Shown here piece after piece: positions 27,300 through 39,926 of a DNA stretch of 64,000 nt (position 1 is the first letter of the stretch; each line of letters starts with the position of its first letter). This DNA comes from Hypanus sabinus (Eukaryota): contig NC_082714.1 of the NCBI RefSeq assembly GCF_030144855.1, positions 59,644,001 to 59,708,000 on the forward strand, read 5' to 3'. The translations under genes were made by a program, and so were the position numbers. Below the pieces are notes generated by a model. That model had not been told where the DNA came from and ran no database searches. It was given only the letters and a program-made list of their open reading frames with translations.

Positions 27300-27396
27300 G
27301 CGTGAATGCTGCGTAGCGGGAGCGGGATAAACAGTTCTAAATGCAGGGAGGGTGGGAATCTTTCACGATATTCCTGGCCGTTTTACGACATTTTTC

Positions 27397-27427
27397 TGTA
27401 TGTATGTATATATATATATATATATAT
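27397..27427. repeat. (TATG)n/(TA)n microsatellite
   Basis: tgtatgtatgtatatatatatatatatatat. Confidence 0.9.
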
Positions 27428-28309
27428 TCTTAATGGCGGTTGAGCTGGTGCTGCGTTGGGCAGTATTAACTACCCATTGTAGAGCCCTCCTGTCTGCCCT
27501 AGTAGCTTCCGTACTCTCAGAGTTGCAGCACCCAGTGATCCAATGGTGAGCAATTGCACTCTGGTCACAGTAACCAACAGAGCTGATGTTAGTGTTCTGA
27601 GCTCCGACACTAACGCCACCGAGCATAGTATCATGCCCATTACTCTAAATAGTTGTAACAGCGTTCTGCGCCAACAGCTATACCGGCGAATAGGTGCTCT
27701 TTAGCGCTCGACATACACGAGCTAGTGTGACATTAGAACTCCGTACATTGTGCAAGCTGATAGCAAATATCGTGAACTCTCACAGCGATGATCTGCTCTC
27801 TGATAATAGCGCTGTCAACAACACCTCTGCTCTACTATACCATAGAAACATTAGTTGGAATGATATCAGCATTCTGCGCACTCTGGTCTCCAATATATTA
27901 ACGCTCTGCCTTTCCATACGTAACCCTGCGAGATCCGTCAGACCGTTATCAGTCTGGCTCTCCCCCACGCCGATTCCCATCGATCCGCTCGGCGCTCCAT
28001 CTCCTGATCTAACCGGTGTGATATTCGCAACACGCTCCGGCCAGGTACCAACATTCTCCGACTGCACTCGGATTCAAACTCCCGCACTCCCATGTTCAAC
28101 GCTCAGCGTGCTCACGCAAGGTCTTCGCGCTCGGAGAACAGCCCTCTTCCTGCTATACCTGGAGCTCTTTCCGGAGACATTTCCAACCTGCATAATGATC
28201 TTATTTTGATAGAGGTGCGCTTTGTCTCCGGTGCCCACACTCTATACTGCCGTGCTCTGCAAAGAGAAAGACGTTATCCGAACAACCAATATAGCAGGCA
28301 CGATGAAGC

Positions 28310-28615
28310 CAAAATTTCCAAAGATTAACTTTATTTGTCACATATATATCGAAACATACAGAGATACGCATCGCGTTTTCAGAGCAAATCAGCGAGTATT
28401 ATGCCAGGCAGCCGGCAAGTGTAGTCACGCTTCCAGCACCAGCACAGCATACTCAGAACTCACTGACCATTGTTGGAATGTGGGCGGAAACGGGAGGTCC
28501 TGGAGGAAACCCATGCAGTCACGGGGAGAACGTACAAACTCCTCACAGACAGCCTATTATGTTGCTGTAATAGTGATTGTACTAACTCCCATGCCAGCAT
28601 GCTGCCCTATGTCCC
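28310..28615 (-). mobile_element. SINE remnant containing a V-SINE/HE1-like core
   Basis: Reverse complement of 28470-28552 reads gagtttgtacgttctccccgtgactgcatgggtttcctcc...cccacattccaa. Confidence 0.7.
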
Positions 28616-30039
28616 ATGATATTGTTTACCTGATCAATTCCCAAAACACTACCCTCTGAAAGCTCCAATCTGCTCTTCAGTCGATGTGTTCTTATGCTCC
28701 AAATACCATGCACTCTGTTCACTAATAATCATAATCTGAACCCCATTAGTCAATGTTCCGAGAGCACTACCTGGTGTTCCAATAGAAACACAGATTGCAG
28801 CTTCCTTCAATACCCAATGCTCTGCCATCGGACACCAACAATATGTACATTGATATCAAATCTTCATTATCGAGTTCAGTGTTGCTTGCTCCAATCCCAG
28901 CTCTCCATGTTCTGGCATCATGGCTTTCTACGCTAACATCCAGTACTCTAGGCTCTACAGCACTCTGCAGTATATTATTAGCACCCTAAACTGTTATATC
29001 AAATGCCAAGTGCCCTGATACCAACAGTGAAATACTAGCACTCTGTGATTCAATATCAAACACCCTCCTTTTCAATACCAATGCTGTGGTCTAAAGGCAG
29101 CTGCCCAGTTCTCTGACATTCTGTCCTGAGCAACTGGATAACACAGGCTGGGTTGCCGTGTGAAATCAGCAGTCTGTCCCTTCTGCTTTGCTGTACCCAA
29201 TACTGGCAACCATATCAAACACACCCCGGTCAGACTGACACATTGCACCATTCTCCCATCTCATTGCAACCCTCCACATTCCAATTTCAGTGTTCTGCGA
29301 AGGGACATTCTATGAGGTGATGTTAGCAACCTGTGTGTTAATATACCTGTGTGCATGCATGGGCACCAAAATCTGTTGGCCTCACAATCTACCTTGCTAT
29401 GACTTTGAACCTTATTGTCTATCTGTGTTCTACTTTATCTGTAACTGCAACACTTTATTCTGAATTCTGTTACTATTTTCCCTTGTACTACCTCAGCACA
29501 CTATTGTAATCAAATGATTTATATGATGGCATGCATCAGTACATGTGACAATAACAAACCAAATTAACAAATTTATTTCTGATTAAATAAAAAACAGTTT
29601 GGTCCAAGTACAATGGTCTCCCCTCTCATCCCAATATGCATTATGTTTGCACCCTGATGTTAGGGTTCTTCATATTGTCATGAAACACTCCAGTTTCAGT
29701 GCCCTCTGAGGTGATATTAACACCCTGTGAACCAGAACTATATATGCCAAATGCCCTGTGCTCTGATACCAATACTCCAAGCTCTGAGAGCAATGTGCTG
29801 CACTCCCTTTGTGATTCTCTGTATGCTAATATAAATCCATGTTGGTATGATAGTAATGCACTGATGATGCATGAGACCCACATGCAATATCACCATTCCA
29901 TCTCACCACGGTGAAGTGACACCAGGGGGCAGTGCGTTGATGGGAGTCTGAACCATGATGCAAGGTCGCAGTGCAGTCATGTAATAGTGCCATCTATTGA
30001 AGGTAGGGCGCAGTCCATTGAATTATCTTTCAGTGTATC

Positions 30040-30130
30040 TGGAGACACAAGAGACCACAGTTGCTGGAATCTGGAGAAACAAACTGCATTCTGCTTGACC
30101 TGCTGAGTTCCTCCAGCAGAGAGTTTGTTG
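30040..30130. mobile_element. Penelope-like terminal remnant
   Basis: acacaagaga..cag.tgctggaa is the reverse complement of the end of 62345-63680; ctgc.tgacctgctgagttcctccagca matches 63600-63630. Confidence 0.55.
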
Positions 30131-30294
30131 CAGTGAATTTGTACTGAGTGGCTAGAGTTAACATCTGAGTATATAGTGTTGACAGACTGTTGACATTGGA
30201 ATTCAATGTACAGTTGTTAGTTTACATTGGGCTGATATCAATGTACAGGTTGTTGCTATCTGACTACAACATGGTAATATTGTATGGCACAGTG

Positions 30295-30640
30295 TGACCT
30301 GGATAGACTGGGCATGGAGACGATGATTCCAACAGAAGGAGAGTCTTGGCTCTAAGGGCACAGACTAGAGATAAAGGAACATCCCTTTACAACTGACGTG
30401 AGGAGGAATTCCTTTAACAGGACAGTGGTGGTGGTGGATCTGTGGAACTCATTGCCACATAGGGCTGTGGAGGCCAATTCATTAAGTGTATCTAAGCCAC
30501 AAATTGATAGGTTCTTGATTAGTAAGAGGGTGAAGTGTTACAGGGAAAAGGCAGGAGAGTGGGGTTAAAAAGTCAGCCATGATTGAATGGGAGAACAGAC
30601 TTGATGAGCCAAATGTCCCAATTGTGCTCCTCTATCTTAT
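30295..30640 (+). mobile_element. CR1 LINE 3' fragment
   Basis: gggcacagactagagataaagg...gtgaggaggaattc...ctgtggaactcattgccac...tgctcctctatcttat. Confidence 0.85.
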
Positions 30641-30819
30641 ATCAGTGTGAAGAGCTGCTCAGATATAAAGAAACTCATGCTTCTCCCAAATAGCAATATT
30701 CACCACCTCATCAACACTCACAAATATTTAGGACTTTGGTGAAGTAAATGCAAGATCTGCAAGAGTAGGAGCCATTGAAAAGAACAAATCTCACTCCATA
30801 TGAGTTGCAATTGGGCCAA

Positions 30820-33800
30820 TAAGATCTAAGCAGAGTGGCCATTGTCAGTGCACGGGGTTAAAATGGGGAACGGAGGCTTTGACTCAAGAGGCTTCTGCAA
30901 GAAGATCCAGGGACTATTTTGGTTTGGCCATTGTGTGAGTGGGCCTGTGTAGGAGTTTGGGGTCTGAGGCTTTAGCAAGTAGACATGGGTGAGTAGTAGG
31001 TAAGAACAGTTTCTTTATATGTATAGTAATTAACTAAATTGAAACCAAATTACAATGAATGAAAGTAGGGATGCAGGATCAGATGATGAGCTGGAGCTGA
31101 ATGATGTGAGAGCTGGGGGAGAACCGCATTATGACTCTTGATGACCACAGCTGCAGCAAGTGTTGGCCGCTCAGGGAGCTCAGACTCAATGTTCCTGACT
31201 TGGAATCTGAGCTTCAAACATTGTGGTGCATCAGAGAGCGGAGTGTTAACTGGAAGCTGTGCTTCAGGAGGCAATCACTACTTCAAGGACAATCAGATGC
31301 CAGGGGCAAGAGGGTGTGACTGCTAGTGAGGCCAAGAGGTAGTACTGGAGGAGCCGCAGCATTTGAGCTAGCTGACCATGCTTGACATTGTCGGGTAAGA
31401 GTAGGAACAGTAGGAAGGAAGATCAATTGAACCATGGCACTGTGGCTCAGGGTGCCATTCAAGAAGGGAGAGAGAAGAGAAATGTAGCTGTCATTGGGGA
31501 TGGCATAGTCAGGAGAATAGACACAATTCTCTGTCACAAGGATCAAAAGTCCCAAAGAATGTGTTTGCCTGATGCCTAAGTTCAGGTAATCTCATCTAAC
31601 TTGCAGGGGAATCTGGAGTGGGATGGGAAAGATCCAGTTGCTGCGGTCCATGTGGGTACCAACAATGTAGGAAGAACATGGGGAGATGATTGCTGAGGGA
31701 ATTTGAGCAGCTAGGGATGAAAGTAAAATGCAGATCCAGAAACGTGATAATCTCTGGATTATTACCTGAGCCACATACAAATTGGCACAGATTCAATAAG
31801 ACAGAGAGCTAAATGCATGTGAGGGAAGTGGGTTTCAATCTGCAGGGCATTAACACCAGTACTGGGGAAAGGGGGAGCTGTTCCGGTGGGACAGGCTCCA
31901 TCTGAACAATGCTGGGACCAGGGTCCTGACAAATTGCTGTGCAAAGGACTTTAAACTAAATAGTAGTGGGTGGGGGAGTGTTTTCAATAGCTTGGAAAAG
32001 TATGGATAATTTAAAAGATAAAGAGACTGCAGGAGAAGTTACTGAAATTTCTAAAATAAAGAATAAGATGAAAAGTTTTGAAAGGGATAAGAATTTAACT
32101 TCAGGCAACAGGGAGACAAAATGGAACAGAAGGGTGTTGAATACAGACCTGAGGTGTTATTAGTGAATGCACACACTATGTGAAGTAAGACAGATGATCT
32201 TGTAGCACATTTAGAATTTGGCTGGAACAGTGTTGTTATGACCATCACTGGGATACGGTTGAAAGAAGGTCATAGCTGGGATACAAGATATGTATATCCA
32301 AGGATAAACACCACATCAAAAGGACAGGCAGGTGGGTAGAAGTGGTAGGATGGTACAATTGGTAAAACTGAAACAATTCATAGAAGGAAGTGGCATTGGA
32401 ACAAAAGAAGTAGAATCCATGTGTGTAGTTAAGAAACTACAAAAGTAAAAAGACCCTGATGGGAATTAAATACAAGGCTCCAAGCAGTAGCCAGAATGTG
32501 GAATACAAATTACAATGGGAAATAGAAAAAGCATGTAAAAAGGTCAATATTAGTTCAACATTTAAACCAAATTTATTATCAAAGTACAAAAACGTCACCA
32601 TATACAATCCTGAAATCAGAATCAGAATCAGAATCAGACTTTAATCGCCAAGTACCTCTGCACATACAAGGAATTTACTTCCGGCCGATGTTGTCTCTCT
32701 GCTCATAACAATAATAATGATAAATATAAATGAAAATATAGATTATACATACAGGTAGTGCAATCCAAGTAATAGTTAGCCGACAGTTAACCGGCAGTTA
32801 ACTGTTCAGCAAAGTTACCGCAGTAGGGAAAAAACTTCTCCAGTGCCTATTAGTCTTAGTCTGGAGGGATCTGAAGCGCCTACCAGACGGAAGCAGTTCA
32901 AACAGTCCGTGTGCAGGATGGAAGGAGTCCTTTATGATGTTCCCCGCCCTCTTCTTCAACCTGGAAGAGTACAGGTCCACAATAGAGGGCAGGGAGGCTC
33001 CAATGATGCGCTGGGCAGTCCTCACTGTGCGCTGTAGTCTGGTTCTATCCTGCTTGGTGGTGGCTCCAAACCACACAGTGATGGAGGTGCACAGGTCAGA
33101 CTCAATGACTGCAGTGTAGAACTGCAGCAGGAATTCCTGAGGCAGACCATATTTCCTCAAGAGCTGCAGAAAGTACATCCGCTGCTGGGCCTTCTTCAGG
33201 ATGGCGCTGATGTTCTGCTCCCACTTCAGATCCTGAGAGATGGTGGTTCCCAGGAACCTGAAGTTCTCCACGGTGGACACAGGGCTGCCGAGGACTGTGA
33301 GGGGGGACATTGGTCCACCTGCTGTCAATATGCAGACTCATCACTGTTCTGGATGAGTCTGATGACGGTGCTGTCGTCTGCAAACTTCAAAAGCTTCACA
33401 TAGGGGTTGGAGGAGGTGCAGTCATTGGTGTAGAGGGAGAACAGCAGTGGAGAGAGGACACACCCCTGGGGGGAACCGGTGTTGGTGATTTGAGTATCCG
33501 AGGTGACCTGTCCCATCCTTACCTGCTGACTTCTGTTGGTCAGGAAGCTGTAAATCCAATCGCAGAGGTCAGGTGGCACAGTGAGGTGAGACAATTTGGA
33601 GCAGAGGGTATGAGGGAAAATGGTGTTAAACACCGAACTGAAATTCACAAATAGCATCTGAGCATAGGTCCCAGGACGATCCAGATGTTGCAGGATATCG
33701 TGCAGTCCCAGGTTGACTGCATCATCTACTGACCTATTTGCCCGGTAGGCAAACTGCGGGGGATCCAGCAGGCTGCTGGTGAGGGTCTTCAGGTGGTTCA

Positions 33801-36165
33801 ACACCAAGCGTTCAAAGGATTTCATGACCACAGATGTCAGTGCGACAGGTCTGTAGTCGTTCAGTCCTGTGATGGTGGGTTTCTTGGGGACCGGGATGAT
33901 GGTAGAGCGCTTGAAGCAAGTCGGAACCTCACTCAGCTCCAGAGATCTATTAAAGAGCTGAGTGAAGATGGGAGCCAGCTGATCAGCACAGGCTCGTAGA
34001 CAGGAGGGGGAGACCCCATCTGGGCCTGGAGATTTTCGGGTCTGAAGTCGCTGGAACAGTCGACATACTTCTCCTTTGCTGATTCTAAGCTGTGATCTAG
34101 GGGGGCTGGGCAGAGATGGTGGGGAGGTGATTGCAGTGATTGGGGGATGAGTGCCAGTGAGTGATGGTCGAGGGAAGGCAGGAAGAGAGACCGAAGAGGG
34201 GGGAGGGACAGGTGTAAGATGGACCCTCTCAAATCTACAGTAAAAGGTATTAAGGTCGTCAGCCAAAGCTTTGTTAACCTCAGCAGGGGGGGGGGGGGCA
34301 GTGCGTCTCCTGTAGCCAGTGACATCCTGCAGGCCTCTCCACACCGACAATGAGTCGTTAGCTGAGAAATTATTCCTCAACTTTTCGGAGTAGAGCCGCT
34401 TGGCCACTCTGATTTCTCTGGACAGTGCATTTCCACGTCCTTACAGACATACTTATTAAATCCTTAATAGAATAATAACCATAATGGCATCAATGAATAA
34501 TGATAATAATAATGAAGGAGAGAGAGGAGTTGTCTAAGATTGATTGGAAGGGGACACCAGCAGGGATGATGGTAGAGCAGCAATTGCAGGAGTTTCTGAG
34601 AGTAATTTGGAAGGCTCAGGATTGGTTCATCCCAATGAAGATTCTAAAGGGAGGATGAGGTAATCATGGCTGACAAGGGAAGTCAACAACAACATAGCAA
34701 AAGAGAAGGACATGTCACAAAAATTACTGAGAAGCTTTTAAAAACCAATAGCAGGCAACTAAAAATAACGAGTTAAAAGATGAAATGTGAAGGTAAACTT
34801 GCCAATAATATAAAAGAGGAAATGAAAAGTATTTTTCAGATATATAAAGAGTAAGAGAGAGGCAAGAGTGGACATCAGGCCACCAGAAAATGATACTGAA
34901 ATGGTAATAATGGGGAACACAAGAATGGTGGACAACTGAATAAGCATTTCACTGTGGAAGACACCAGCAGCGTGTGAGAAATTCAAGTGTGTCGGGGGGG
35001 GGGGGGGCAAAAGTGAGAATATTGACTGTTACTAAGGAGAAGCTTATAGGTCTGAAATAAGATACAACTATTTGGACCAGATGGACTACAACTGGTAATT
35101 CTGAATTGCTGAGCAGATTGTGCAGATTTGAGTGATTTTTCAAAAATCACTAGATTCTGTAATGGTTCCAGAGAATTGGAAAAGTGCAAATTTCACTCTG
35201 TTCTTTCACAAGGGAGGAAGGAGAAAGACAGGAATAGACTAATTAGCCTGACTTCAATGGTTGGCAAAATATTATAGTCCATTATTAAGACTGAGGTTTG
35301 TGGGTATTTGGACATACACAATAAAATAGGCCAAAGTCAGCATGATTTCCTAAAGAATAAATCTTGCTTGACAAATCTGTTGGAATTCTTTGCAGAAATA
35401 ATAGGCAGGATAGACAAAGGAGAGTCAGTGGATGTTCTTTACCTGGATTTTCAGGAGGCCTTTAACCACTTAACAGCCCTTGATATTACAAGAAAGATGC
35501 TAGTATGGATAGAAGATTGACTGACTGGCAGAAGCAAATAGTGGGGATAAAGAGGGGCTTTTCTGGTTAGTTGCCTGGAGTGTTTGCTTGGGATCTGCTC
35601 TGGGTCTGCTACATTTTGCTTTATAGGTTAATGACCTGGACAATGAAATTGATAACTTTGTGGCTAAATTGCAGTTGATACAAAGATAGATGGAGGGGCA
35701 AGTAATGGTTGATGAGGCAGTGAGTCTGCAGAAGTACTTGGAAAGATCTGGAGAATGGACAAATTAGTGGTAGATGGAATACACTGTAGGGACATGTATG
35801 GTAGGAGGAATAAAGATGTAGACTATTTTCTAAACTGAGAGTGAATTCAGAAATCAGAGGCGCATTCATTTGGAGAACATTAGAATATAAAAGCAAGAAT
35901 TTAATACGGAGGCATTGTAAGGCACTGATCTGACCACGTTTGGAGTATTATGAGTAGTTCTGGGACCCATATCTAAGAAATGATGTACTGGCATTGGAGA
36001 GGTCCAGAGGAGGCTTACGAGAATGATCATGGAATGAAAGGGTTAATGTATGAGAAGCATTTGATGGCCCTAAGCCTGTACTCATTGGAATTTAGAAGAA
36101 TAAGAAGGAATCTCATTAAAGCCTACACAATATTGGAAGGCTTAGATAGAATGGAAGAGGAGAGA
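30820..36165 (+). mobile_element. Near full-length degenerate CR1 LINE (5'UTR, ORF1 with zinc finger and SGNH-esterase-like domain, ORF2), interrupted at ~32550-34500
   Basis: CSKCWPLRELRLNVPDLESELQTL, VAVIGDGIVRRID, VHVGTNN (ORF1); NKIGQSQHDFLKNKSCLTNLLEFF, YLDFQEAF, LYSLEFRRIRRNLI (ORF2). Confidence 0.85.
32614..34432 (-). mobile_element. Rex1/Babar LINE, comparatively young, 5'-truncated
   Basis: ORFs 33325-34407 and 32798-33328 carry GPDGVSP, DYRPVALTSVVMKSFERLV, GSPQGCVLSPLLFSLYT, KFADD, KKAQQRMYFL; perfect (TTCTGA)n tail at ~32614-32638. Confidence 0.95.
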
Positions 36166-36819
36166 AGTAACAGGACTCTGCAGACCCCAGGCATCAATCT
36201 GAAATCTGATATAAATACACTAGAATCTGATATTAGCAGTGCAGTCCAATACCCAAATATTGTTGCCAACACTGCATATCAATATCAATACCTTGTGCCT
36301 CTTGGCAGTCTGATATCTACATTCTGTAGTTGATCACATGGTGTCGACTGGAGAATTCATGGCATACAAGAGGCTTATCACTTAGTAGTGCTCATGTTGG
36401 ATAAATTTCATGGAACATACCGGTGATAATAAACCTGATTCTGATGTCAGATTACAGTCCAATAAAACAAAATGGCAGAATATTCATGATATAGTACTGT
36501 TTGTTACAACAAGGTACAGTCCACTAAATGCAATGTATTTGCAGAGGAGCAGAATTGGTATCCGGGTATAGAGGGTGAATAGTTGTTGCGTGACAACAAT
36601 TGGGTTTCAGTGTATTGATAGCTGTGTGCAGAAGTTGATACCATATCTCTATACACTTTACTAACACTTTACAACACAGCCATAAATAGAGTGCATCAGA
36701 GACAATAACATAGTGTGTCCTAGATCTAAACACAATGTATACCAGCATGTGTGCATCCTGGATACATACACATTGTGTCCTGCACATTAACACAGAGTAT
36801 CTCAGACATAGACAGACTA

Positions 36820-38322
36820 CACCAGTGCCCAAGAAGAATGTTGTGACATGCCTCAATGACTATAGCCCAGGAGCTCGTACATCAAAGTGATGAAGTGTTT
36901 TGAGAGGTCAGTGAGGAAACATATTAATTCCTGCCTGAGATGTGACTTAGATCTGCTACAATTTGCCTACCAGAGCAACAGGTCCAAAGCAGATGCCAGC
37001 TCACTGTCTCTTCGCTCAACCCTGGAACATCTAGACAGCAATGAAGCAAAAATCAGGGTGCTCTTTGTCGATGACTGCTCAGAATTCAATACCATCATCT
37101 CCTCAAAACCAATCAATAAGCTCCAAGACCTTGGCCCCAATCCCTCCTTGTGCAACTCGATTCTGGATTTCCTCACTTGCAGACCCCAGCCAGTTCAGAC
37201 TGTTAACAACTTCTCCTCCACAATCTCCACTAGCACATAAGGCTGTGTGCTCCCCCTGCCCCACCACTCTACTTGCTTTACTCCTACAACTATGTAGCCA
37301 AGCACAGCATCAATGCCAGATTCAAATTTGTTGATGACACCACTGATGTTGCCGGAATCAAAGGTGGTGAAGTCAGCGTATAGGAGGGAGATTGAACATC
37401 TGCCTGAATGGTGGCACAATGACAACCTCTCACTCAATGTCAGCAAGACCAAGGAGCCGATTATAGACTTTAGGAAAGGAAACCAAAATTCCATGAGTCA
37501 GTCCTCATCGGAGGATCAGAAGTGGGAGGGTTAGCAACTTCAAAATCCTAGGTGTTGTTATTTTGGAGGATCTCTCCCGGGCCCAGCACTTAAATACAAT
37601 TATGAAGAAAGCATAGCAGCACCTCTACTTCCTTAAGAGTTTGCAAAGATTCAGAATGACATTGAAAACTTTGACAAACTTCTATAGATGTAGGGTGGAG
37701 AGTATTTTGATTAGCTGCATCACAGCCTGCTATGGAAACACCAATACCCTTGAACAGAAAATCCTACAAAAAGTAGTGGATGCTGGCAGTCCATCACAGG
37801 TAAGGCCCTCCCAACCATTGAGCACACTTAAATGAAAAGCTTTTGCATGAAAGCAGCATCCATCATTAGGGACCCCCAGTACCCAGGATGTGCTCTGTTT
37901 TTACTGCTGCCATTAGGAAGTAGGTACAAGAGTCTTAGGACCTGTACCACCAGGTTCAGGAACAATTTCTATGCCTCATCTATCAGGCTCTTGAACCAAA
38001 GGGGAACAACTTCACTCAATTTTACTTGCCCCATCATTGAAATGTTCCTATAACCAATGAACACTTTCAAGTTCTCTTCATCTCATGATCTCAAAATGTA
38101 TTACTTGTTTATTTATTATCATTGTTTCTTCTTTTTGTATTTGCACAGTTTGTTGACTTCTTTCTGCACTCTGGTTGAATGCCCCAGCTGGGCAGTCTTT
38201 CATTGATTCTGTTATAGTTATTATTCTATAGATTTGTTAAGAATGTCCACAAAAGACTAAATCTCAGGTATATATATGGTGACATATATGTACTTTGAAA
38301 ATACATTTACTTTGAACTTTGA
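36820..38322 (+). mobile_element. Rex1/Babar LINE 3' portion, degenerate
   Basis: MKCFERSV, LDLLQFAYQSNRS, WWHNDNLSLNVSKTKE, LTNFYRCRVESIL; tail tttactttgaactttga. Confidence 0.9.
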
Positions 38323-39629
38323 GTATCATACGGAGTTATACAGCACACGAACAGGCCCTTTAGCCCCTTCATCCATGTCAATCAAAGTAACTACATGAGC
38401 TAGTCTCTTCTACCTGTGTGTGCCCCTAACCTTCCAAACTTTTTTGGTCCATTTATCTGTTCAAAAGTCATTTAAATGTTAGAATTGTATGATCATCTAC
38501 CACTTCCCCTGACAGGTCATTCTATATAACACCACTCTCTACTGGGAAACTTGCCCCTTAGTTTCCCTTTTAGTACTTCCCCTCAGCTTATACTTAAGCC
38601 CTCACATTTTCGACAGCACTACTGAGGGAAGAAAGACTTTCCATCTTATTCTATGCCTTGCATGATTTTATCAACCACTATAAGGTTGCCCGCTAACTCC
38701 AGGGAAACAATCCCAGCCTATCCAATCCCTCCAGTCTTGGCAACGTCTTGTGAATATTTTCTTCACCCCTTCCAGCTTAACCACATTTGTTCTCTAGTAT
38801 GGTAACCAGAACGGCATACCATATTCTAAGTGTTGTCTCATCAACATCTTGTGCAGCTGCAAAATAGCATTCCAGCTTTTGCACTCAGTGCTCTGAGAGC
38901 TAATGAAAGCAATAATGCCATATGCCTTCTTCAGCAATTTATCTAACTCTGTTGTCATTTTCAGAGAACTATATACTTGCACTGCTTGACTTTTCATTCA
39001 GTAACGTTCTAGAGGGTCCCACCATTCACCATGTACGTCCTGGCCTGGTTTCACTTCCCAAAATGCACTTGTCTGAGTTCAATTCCAACTAGCATTCCTG
39101 TGCCTATCTTCCCAGTTTATCTAGATCCTGTTGGTAATTTTAGATAACCTTCTTTTCTGTCCACTACGCCACCAATTTTATTGTCACCTACACATTTACT
39201 ATTCATACCACTTATATTCTCATCACCTCCATACTCTGCTCCTATGCCTTATGGTCTTAAACATGACCAGCACTGATCCCTGACCACTGGTCACAAAGCT
39301 CCACTACTGAATTCTGACTTCCTCCAGCAGGCTAATTTTGTTTCAAATTGGCTAATTCACGCTAGAACCAACATGATCTACTCTTCCGAATCACCCTACC
39401 ATGCAAGACTTTGTCAAGGGCCTTCTCACAGTTCACCTAGATAACATTTACCATCCTACCCTTGCTAAACCTTTTGGAAAACCCAATCAGATTTGTGAGA
39501 TAATTTCCCATGAATATCCTTAATCACTCTTTGCCCTTCCAAATGGAGCTAGATCCTGTTTCATAGAATCCCCTCCAGTAAGTTTCCCACCACTGGTGTT
39601 AGGCTCTTTGGGTTGTAACTCCCTGGCTT
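38323..39629 (-). mobile_element. Old CR1 LINE, 3' part; host of the Gypsy insertion (continues at 48809-49105 and ~50050-50180)
   Basis: ORF 38794-38997 KKAYGIIAFI..LMRQHLEYGMPFWLPY; sequence is continuous across the Gypsy TSD (ccctggctt|gcccctgc); ORF 48783-49031 SPGSDQVYPRMLWEAR. Confidence 0.85.
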
Positions 39630-39926
39630 TGTGAGGTCTGCACAGGCAGGCATCTCCCAGTCTCCACCAGGCTAACAGAAGTCACCTGTCCTGTCATCAC
39701 CTGCAGCCTATTTAAACCCAGATCTCATCCACAATCCTTGTTCACCCATTGAACCAGCCAGCCAGCAACTATAACCAGTTGCTTATAGCCTTGAATTACC
39801 TTCAGATTTGTTGTGTTGAGTATCTGTGACTTGTTATTTTGAAGTCTATTATGAAGGTTACCGTTTACTGCTGAATTGTCTCTGCTGCACTAGTTTTAGG
39901 ACAAGCCTCCTCTACATTTCCTGACA
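39630..39926 (+). repeat. 5' LTR of the Gypsy element
   Basis: TGTGA...TGACA; TATTTAAA at 39709-39716; aligns with 48485-48808. Confidence 0.92.

Larger units (their letters stand above)
24520..29910. repeat. Cryptic, highly diverged ~20-22-bp repeat (approximately CAACACTCTGTGCTCTGATAT), interrupted by TEs
   Basis: Recurrent (c)tctgtgc..tgatatcaa/ccaatacc motifs at 24.6-25.4, 27.5-28.3, 28.65-29.1 and 29.65-29.9 kb; period estimated by eye. Confidence 0.6.

Noticed and set aside
27694-28659. 171-aa and 145-aa ORFs in the CpG-rich zone as genes
   Set aside because: Non-ATG starts, no recognisable domain, and they run across cryptic repeat and SINE remnants.
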